50,023 bases of DNA, taken from the NCBI GenBank assembly GCA_003650815.1, contig QMSB01000003.1:1-50023 (forward strand), read 5' to 3'. Of this stretch, positions 44,074-50,023 are shown piece after piece; positions within the stretch are counted from its first letter, which is position 1, and each line of letters begins with the position of its first letter. The DNA is from Thermoprotei archaeon (lineage in GTDB: Archaea; Thermoproteota; Thermoprotei; Thermofilales; B15-G2). The translations under genes were made by a program, and so were the position numbers. The notes below the pieces were generated by a model. The model was given only the letters and a program-made list of their open reading frames with translations. It made no database searches and had not been told where the DNA came from.

Positions 44074-44883
44074 TTAAGGAGTTAAGCCTTTAAGACAGCT
44101 CGAGCACGGAATTTTTATTAGGCTCTGGAGGTAACTCCAGTCGCCGTTTATCATCCCCTGGTATATAAGAACACTTCCTATAAGTAAAAATAGTATAGCG
44201 AAGAAAAACCGCTTTCCAGGTTTTCGTTTTTCTTTCGCTTTTCTTTCAGCTCTCGAGGCGAATCTGTAGCCGCAGCGAGTGCATACTTTGCTGTTGGGTA
44301 GATTTAGGGCACCACACTGAGAACACTTTATAGCGCCTTTACTGATAGCTTTTTCTTCTAATTCCTCAAGTTTCCTTCTTTGCTCCTCTATTATCTCTTC
44401 TAGTTCTCTTCTCTGACTTTCATACGCTTCATCACCTATTATATCTCTTAACTCTTCCAAAGTAATTAAATTATTTTTATTTTTTTCTAGATTTTCTAAT
44501 ATACTATTGTATTCTTTTATTAAGTCTTCTACAGCTGGCTCAGGTTTTGACGCAACCTGTACTATTTCTACCGGAGGCTTTTCTGCAGGCAATTCTTCAG
44601 TTTTCTCGCCAATTAGTTCTTCTAGTGAAACTTCCTCTTTCTCTACTTCTACTTCTGCTGGCACTTCTTCTTGTTCGCTTATCTCTGCGAAAACTTCTTC
44701 GACAGATGAGGGTTTTCTTTCACCTATTGAGACTATTTTCTCTAGATCTTCTAGTGATAGAGATACTATTCTGCCTTGTTCTTCTCTAAGACAAGGCGGC
44801 GAGGAAGGATCTTCGATATTTATACCTAATTTAAGGCACCTGTTATTAGAGAAAAATATACATTCCCTACAGTCCTTCGGCAC
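44074..44883 (-). CDS. Multi-domain protein: Cys-rich N-terminus, acidic linker, coiled coil, Zn ribbon, TM helix, C-terminal CxxC
   Basis: CREC..C..C; Glu/Pro-rich linker; CSQCG..N...CTRCG; FFFAILFLLIGSVLIY; IPCSSCLKG. Confidence 0.75.
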   Translation of the reverse strand: MPKDCRECIFFSNNRCLKLGINIEDPSSPPCLREEQGRIVSLSLEDLEKIVSIGERKPSSVEEVFAEISEQEEVPAEVEVEKEEVSLEELIGEKTEELPAEKPPVEIVQVASKPEPAVEDLIKEYNSILENLEKNKNNLITLEELRDIIGDEAYESQRRELEEIIEEQRRKLEELEEKAISKGAIKCSQCGALNLPNSKVCTRCGYRFASRAERKAKEKRKPGKRFFFAILFLLIGSVLIYQGMINGDWSYLQSLIKIPCSSCLKGLTP

Positions 44884-44943
44884 AGTTATCTCCTAATCAC
44901 TCTCCCATTAGCTTATATATTAAGCTATTTGCTTCTGCTAACA

Positions 44944-45813
44944 TTAAACATACTTTAATAAGATACCCACCACTTCTCGCGAAGTTTTAGCTACTGGGAC
45001 TCCTGCCTTTTCGAAGGCTTTGATTTTGCTTTCAGCTGTACCCATACCCATGCTTATGATAGCTCCAGCGTGACCCATACGTTTTCCTGGAGGAGCTGTT
45101 CTCCCAGCTATGTACGCTATTACAGGTTTCGAGTACCTTTTTTCTTTAATCCATTTGGCTAGTCTTTCCTCCATACTTCCACCTATTTCCCCTATCACGA
45201 CTACAGCTTTTGTTTCTTCGTCTTCCTCAAATAGCTTTAGTACTTCAATGAAGTCTGTTCCTACTATAGGGTCTCCTCCTATGCCAACACACGTGCTTTG
45301 ACCTAGCCCTGCTTTTGAAATTGCGTGGGCTATTTCATAGGTTAGTGTCCCGCTTCTTGATACTATTCCGACTACTCCTTTTTCGAAAATATGGCCAGGC
45401 ATTATTCCGACTTTGGCTACTCCAGGAGATATTATTCCTGGGCAGTTAGGTCCGATTATTCTTGTTCCTTTAAGCCGAGCGTATGTTATGAAACGAAGTT
45501 CGTCATGTATAGGGATGTGTTCTGTTATCACCACTATGAGCTTTATTTCAGCGTCTATTGCTTCGTATACTGCGTCAGCGGCGTAGGGTGCTGGTACAAA
45601 GACTATAGACGTGTTTATAGACGGATTTTCACGTAAAGCTTCTTCGACGCTATTGTATACTTTTACGCCATGTACTTTCTGCCCGCCTTTACCGGGAGTA
45701 ACGCCAGCTAGTATTTTAGTGCCATATTCTAGCATGGCTTTTGTGTGAAAACTACCCTCTCTTCCAGTTATTCCCTGGACGAGAACTCTGGTTTCTTTAT
45801 TTACGAGTATCAT
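44944..45813 (-). CDS. sucD: Succinate--CoA ligase alpha subunit
   Basis: [43 protein letters not shown]. Confidence 0.97.
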   Translation of the reverse strand: MILVNKETRVLVQGITGREGSFHTKAMLEYGTKILAGVTPGKGGQKVHGVKVYNSVEEALRENPSINTSIVFVPAPYAADAVYEAIDAEIKLIVVITEHIPIHDELRFITYARLKGTRIIGPNCPGIISPGVAKVGIMPGHIFEKGVVGIVSRSGTLTYEIAHAISKAGLGQSTCVGIGGDPIVGTDFIEVLKLFEEDEETKAVVVIGEIGGSMEERLAKWIKEKRYSKPVIAYIAGRTAPPGKRMGHAGAIISMGMGTAESKIKAFEKAGVPVAKTSREVVGILLKYV

Positions 45814-46934
45814 CTTACCACCTTTACAGCAGCCAGAGCGGCTTCTTCCATAGATTCGTAGACATTAATTCCTGCCGACCGTAGTATACGTTTTCCTTCT
45901 TCTTCATTTGTTCCCATCATTCTCACGAAAATAGGTTTTTCTACTGATGCTTCTTTGACTGCAGCCACTATTCCCTTAGCTACTTCATCACATCTTGTGA
46001 TTCCTCCTAAAATGTTTACTAGAATTACTTTAACTCTAGGATGTTGTAAAAGCACCTTTACGGCTTCTTTTACTCTTTCTGCTCTAGCGCCTCCACCTAT
46101 GTCTAAGAAATTTGCTGGTCTTCCTCCGTAGTGAAATACTAGATCCATTGTAGCCATAGTGAGACCCGCGCCATTGCCTATAACTCCTATATCTCCATCA
46201 AGTTCTACGTAGCTGAAGCCTTTTTCTTTGGCTATTTTCTCGTATTCTGTATACTCCTCTTCGGGCTCTTCTATATCAGGGTGCCTGTACTTCGAATTAT
46301 CGTCTATTATCATTCTAGTGTCTAGAGCTATTAAGTCTCCCCGCGTAGTTACTGCTAACGGGTTTATTTCTACTAGTTCACAGTCATATTTTCGCATTAT
46401 TTCATACATCGCCTTGATTATTTTATATAAATCTTTTTTCTGATTACTTGTAAGTGATAGAAAGCTCAGTATTTTCCTTATTTGGTAGTCTAGTAGTCCT
46501 ACTAGAGGATTTATATTTACTCTTAGAAGATCCTCCGGGTGCTTCTTAGCTAGCTCCTCTACATTTACTCCTCCTCTACGTGAAACCAGGAAACAGTATA
46601 CTCTGTTGTCTCTGTCTACAGTAATGCTGAGAAAATACTCTTTTTCAAATTGAACTTTCTCTACTACGAGAACCTTCTTTACAACGCAGCCCTTAATCTT
46701 TTTACCTAATAGATTTCTAGAAATCTTCTCTGCTTCCTCGGGAGTTTCTGCAAAAAGAATCCCACCAGCTTTTCCTCTTCCTGCCACAAGAATCTGTGCC
46801 TTTATTACAACAGGAGATCCTAGTTTTTCTGCTATTCTCCTTACTTCTTGAGGCGATGAGGCGACTTCTCCTTTAGGCACTGGTATGCCGTACTTCATGT
46901 AGATTTCTCTTGCCTGATATTCGTAGAGCTTCAT
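45810..46934 (-). CDS. sucC: Succinate--CoA ligase beta subunit
   Basis: [51 protein letters not shown]. Confidence 0.97.
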   Translation of the reverse strand: MKLYEYQAREIYMKYGIPVPKGEVASSPQEVRRIAEKLGSPVVIKAQILVAGRGKAGGILFAETPEEAEKISRNLLGKKIKGCVVKKVLVVEKVQFEKEYFLSITVDRDNRVYCFLVSRRGGVNVEELAKKHPEDLLRVNINPLVGLLDYQIRKILSFLSLTSNQKKDLYKIIKAMYEIMRKYDCELVEINPLAVTTRGDLIALDTRMIIDDNSKYRHPDIEEPEEEYTEYEKIAKEKGFSYVELDGDIGVIGNGAGLTMATMDLVFHYGGRPANFLDIGGGARAERVKEAVKVLLQHPRVKVILVNILGGITRCDEVAKGIVAAVKEASVEKPIFVRMMGTNEEEGKRILRSAGINVYESMEEAALAAVKVVR

Positions 46935-47015
46935 TATATCACCAAGTGCTCTTGTCTTATAGTGGGGTATGAGATTTAACAGTTTCCTATTTTAGAGACT
47001 TCTGAATAAAATACA

Positions 47016-47813
47016 TTGATAGCCGTGGTTGAGATAAAGCGTTTGTCCACTGGAATACGCGAATTAGATAAAATACTCTGTGGAGGAATACCAGAGGGGT
47101 TCTTCGTTACTCTTACAGGAGAACCAGGCACTGGGAAAACTATAGCCTGTTTACACTTCATCTGGGCGGGATTGACTAATTTAGAGAAATGTATTTATGT
47201 AACAACAGAGGAGAGCAGAGAGAGCATAATTAGGCAAGCTGCTCAATTTGGAATGAATTTTAGGAAAGCTTTAGATAACAATAGATTAATCATAATAGAC
47301 GCTCTTATGAAAGAAAGGAATGATTATTGGAGTTTAAGAGAAGTTACTTTAGAAGAACTTTTAAGAAAAGTTATTGAAGCAAAAAAAGAGCTAGGCTCTC
47401 CGTGTAAAAGGCTAGTAATAGATTCTCTTAGCGCTTTCTGGCTTAAGGCTCCTTCTCTAGCTAGACAAATCAGCTATGATCTCAAAAGAATACTGAATAA
47501 GTGGAGATTTACAATATATGCTACTAGCCAGTATGCTATAACTACTGGTTCTGCATTTGGATGGGGTGCTGAACACATAGCTGACGGGATTATTAGATTT
47601 AAGCGCTCCATCAGAAGGGGGAGGCTCAGGAGATATATTCTCGTCGAGAAAATGAGGCAAACTCCTCATGATCTTAGAGTATATGAGATAGATATTGTGG
47701 ATAAAATTGGGCTCGTGGTGCTGGGTCCTATAGAAGAACGCATAGAAGACCATGTTTTACCGAAAAGAGTTATGGAAAAAATAAGAAGGGTTACTGAGGA
47801 AAGCAGACCTTAG
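47016..47813 (+). CDS. Single-domain KaiC/RAD55-family ATPase
   Basis: RLSTGI..LD..GGIP, GEPGTGKT, TTEES, LVIDS, TSQYAITT, EHIADGII, EKMRQT.H. Confidence 0.92.
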   Translation: MIAVVEIKRLSTGIRELDKILCGGIPEGFFVTLTGEPGTGKTIACLHFIWAGLTNLEKCIYVTTEESRESIIRQAAQFGMNFRKALDNNRLIIIDALMKERNDYWSLREVTLEELLRKVIEAKKELGSPCKRLVIDSLSAFWLKAPSLARQISYDLKRILNKWRFTIYATSQYAITTGSAFGWGAEHIADGIIRFKRSIRRGRLRRYILVEKMRQTPHDLRVYEIDIVDKIGLVVLGPIEERIEDHVLPKRVMEKIRRVTEESRP

Positions 47814-48702
47814 CTTCTAGACACCTGTTTTTCAGAAAGCATATCTTACAGAGTTCGCTCCTACAGTAGATTTTGTCGTGTATATAAAATAGTGTTTGAA
47901 GCCAGCCAGACAGCTTTCCAAAGGTTTGTGAGAAAAGACTTCTTAAACAGTCGCCAGTTAAGGGACATTCTTCGCATGTGTATTTAAGGCAGTACCTTTT
48001 AACTGGTAGTTTACTAAACCTAATTAAGTTAAGCTTCTTCACCATGGATATTAAGTGTTTATCACATGGTACAGCTTCTGTGCATGCTTCAGCAAACAAT
48101 AGATAAGCGTCCGCTATTTTGGGCCCACACCATCTACACTTAAGTATGTTTCTTCTGATCTCCCAAAGATCCGCGCTCTTTCGACTTATATTCAAATCAA
48201 TATAGTCTTTCAATGCTAATGGTAATTGTCTTAATTGAAAACTCGTTCCAATGAGTTTTAAGTTTCCTCGGACTATTTTCCCTAAGTCCCCCTTCGACAT
48301 GAGCCATAGCTTTTTGCACCAATTTACGACATTCTTATGGTAGTCTGTTCTCCTTGAGAGAAATATTGCTATGAAAATGTATTCTTTATCTAAAGGATTT
48401 ACTGAAAGTCCTACATCAGCATAATACTTTGTAAACGCTTTAGCTACCCATAGACTTTCTCCTTTCACTTGTGAAATATATGCGAGGGGATTAAACCATA
48501 GGCCTATAGTATACTTGAGGAGTTCATATGAAAGACTAGTGTAGATTACTCCGTTATCTCTTACTTCAATTAGTTTACCTTCATCTAAGCCGACTAGTTT
48601 AACATATTTATTTTTATCAATCTTCTCATAGAGAGCTAAATTGAATGAAGGATAGAAGGTGCGTTCTAAGTTAAAAGACTTGGAAAACTTTATTTTCCTC
48701 AT
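47791..48702 (-). CDS. HhH-GPD-superfamily DNA glycosylase/lyase-like protein with Cys clusters
   Basis: FLSRRTDY, HhH CGPKIADAYLLF, PCDKHL, plus CLKYTCEECPLTGDC and CRSELCKICFLKNRC. Confidence 0.8.
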   Translation of the reverse strand: MRKIKFSKSFNLERTFYPSFNLALYEKIDKNKYVKLVGLDEGKLIEVRDNGVIYTSLSYELLKYTIGLWFNPLAYISQVKGESLWVAKAFTKYYADVGLSVNPLDKEYIFIAIFLSRRTDYHKNVVNWCKKLWLMSKGDLGKIVRGNLKLIGTSFQLRQLPLALKDYIDLNISRKSADLWEIRRNILKCRWCGPKIADAYLLFAEACTEAVPCDKHLISMVKKLNLIRFSKLPVKRYCLKYTCEECPLTGDCLRSLFSQTFGKLSGWLQTLFYIHDKIYCRSELCKICFLKNRCLEAKVCFPQ

Positions 48703-49157
48703 TAGCTGCTGCTAATATGTCTACCTGTAAATTTTTCCTTTATCTCCCTCATTAATTTGTAGAAAAGAGTTACTTCACTGGTAGTTATTATATACTTATT
48801 CTCTCTTATACCAAAGGCTAAGTCTGATATGCTTTCATCCTTATCTATTAAAACTGATACACCTTCGATTTTATAACCTCTATAAAGAACTTTTCTTAAT
48901 TTCGCTAAACATAGTATTTTTCTCGCATACGGCTCCTTTATCTTTGACAAGTAGTCTTCGTATTTTTCTGGACTTTTTCCACTCTTCGCTGTAATGTATT
49001 TAGCAAAAGCTTCTGCATATTCGGAGATATACTCTATAAAATCAATAATGGCATAAGGTCTATCTTGGTCTGATGCTGTAATCACACTTTCATATGCTCT
49101 CTCCACTCGTTTCCACATTCTCTTTAAAGCGTGCCGTAAAGGAGATAATCTATACAT
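48702..49157 (-). CDS. Hypothetical protein, degenerate HEPN-like
   Basis: P.KYEDY...LAKLRKVLYRGY resembles the HepT/DUF86 R-x4-H-x-Y motif with His replaced. 1-nt overlap with the glycosylase gene. Confidence 0.55.
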   Translation of the reverse strand: MYRLSPLRHALKRMWKRVERAYESVITASDQDRPYAIIDFIEYISEYAEAFAKYITAKSGKSPEKYEDYLSKIKEPYARKILCLAKLRKVLYRGYKIEGVSVLIDKDESISDLAFGIRENKYIITTSEVTLFYKLMREIKEKFTGRHISSS

Positions 49158-49228
49158 TTTCTCAGTTTAACTTCTCTTAATAAGTAATAAATATTAGCTA
49201 TGAGTTGATTCCTTAAATTTAATTGTTT

Positions 49229-49897
49229 TTAAGTAAAAGATAATATATCTACTGAATATATGCTATTTCTTATAGTTCTCCATGATATTCTAAAGAAATT
49301 GTTATATTCTTTTATTATTTTTTTGTCACCTATGATTTTTCTGGTCAGCGGATCAGAGGGATAGCCTGATCCTATGTTTCCTAGGAATCTTTTAATTGAT
49401 GAAATTAACTGATCTCTCATTACCTTGGCAATTATTGATGCGGCTGCTGTTGCTAGATATTTATCATCTGCTTTATGCTCACATACTAGGGTAATGCTAG
49501 TTACATGGAGTCTCTTAGCGATATTTTTCTTAAAGCTCTCAGCGTTTATTGAAGCAGCATCGATGTAAGCTACGTCTGGCTTAAGTATATTTAGAGCTAA
49601 GGCAAATATTTCAGCTTCTAGTGCTGTTAGGGAACTATTAGCTATATACGCGTCAATTGTAGGTGGATTTAAGATTACTATTAAGGTATTTTTTGCTTTA
49701 TTTAATATCATTTTCGATAATTTTTCTCTCTTTTTAGGCAGTAATTTTTTGGAGTCCTTTACTCCAGCCAATTTCAAGAAATATAATGCTTCTTTTTCAG
49801 TAAAGAGTAAAGCTGCTATTATCATTGGCCCGACGACAGGCCCCCTCCCAGCTTCATCTAAGCCAGCTATCTTCAAATCCTCGCTAATAATGCTCAC
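49229..49897 (-). CDS. rnhB: Ribonuclease HII
   Basis: GLDEAGRGPVVGPM, DSKKL, YIDA, EHKADD, AASIIAKVMRD, GSGYPSDP, RISW.T. Confidence 0.96.
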   Translation of the reverse strand: MSIISEDLKIAGLDEAGRGPVVGPMIIAALLFTEKEALYFLKLAGVKDSKKLLPKKREKLSKMILNKAKNTLIVILNPPTIDAYIANSSLTALEAEIFALALNILKPDVAYIDAASINAESFKKNIAKRLHVTSITLVCEHKADDKYLATAAASIIAKVMRDQLISSIKRFLGNIGSGYPSDPLTRKIIGDKKIIKEYNNFFRISWRTIRNSIYSVDILSFT

Positions 49898-50022
49898 CTC
49901 TCAGGCACATAAATTATGTAAGCGTCATTAAAAAGACTCTCCATAAGTCCTGTTACTTGAATAGCTAGGTCTATTGGTATTAAACTTAGACTCTTATCAA
50001 TAATTTCTACATTAATATTAAG
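49894..50022 (-). CDS. Partial CDS (C-terminal end, truncated by the window edge)
   Basis: Open frame ...LNINVEIIDKSLSLIPIDLAIQVTGLMESLFNDAYIIYVPER* whose TGA overlaps the rnhB GTG (GTGA). Confidence 0.55.
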   Translation of the reverse strand, partial: LNINVEIIDKSLSLIPIDLAIQVTGLMESLFNDAYIIYVPER

Positions 50023-50023
50023 T

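Noticed and set aside
47016-47813. Circadian KaiC clock
   Set aside because: It has a single domain and no kaiA/kaiB; it belongs to the common archaeal KaiC-like ATPases.
48700-50023. AT-richer right end as a horizontally acquired island
   Set aside because: It contains the core gene rnhB, with no integrase, att site or transposase; the composition shift was judged only by eye.

Overview
This is a gene-dense archaeal chromosomal segment. The gene content (GAPOR, aKMT-type methyltransferase, DUF2153, CarS, KaiC-family ATPase, many C/D box sRNAs) points to a thermophilic Thermoproteota host, probably Thermoproteales/Thermofilum-like; this placement is inference. It holds about 57 CDS, mostly housekeeping: RNA modification (RsmB/NOP2, KptA, TruA, Trm5/Taw2, Trm14), DNA repair and replication (a RadA paralog, endonuclease IV, PCNA, HhH glycosylase, RNase HII), and central or nucleoside metabolism (R15P isomerase pair, DeoC, RpiA, AOR, GAPOR, GlcD/GlcF-like pair, SucCD). 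Six C/D box sRNA genes fill intergenic gaps. I found no tRNA, rRNA, CRISPR array or transposase. Four things stand out. (1) A translationally coupled six-gene operon at 40-3401 pairs a divergent RadA paralog with a stand-alone SWIM protein (reminiscent of the eukaryotic Shu/SWS1-SWSAP1 complex), a degenerate HerA/VirB4-like protein and a membrane protein. (2) A candidate non-coding RNA at 42322-42473, with a TATA-like element upstream, is closed by a canonical bulge-helix-bulge and predicted to release a 125-nt circular RNA. (3) An origin-like intergenic region at about 21000-21255 has 8 oriented copies of a CATCRGTAAA-type motif, two mini-ORB-like boxes and an AT-rich tract, with no adjacent cdc6. 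(4) A catalytic plus pseudo-catalytic R15P isomerase pair shares two 100%-identical DNA tracts. All calls come from reading motifs by eye; no searches were run.
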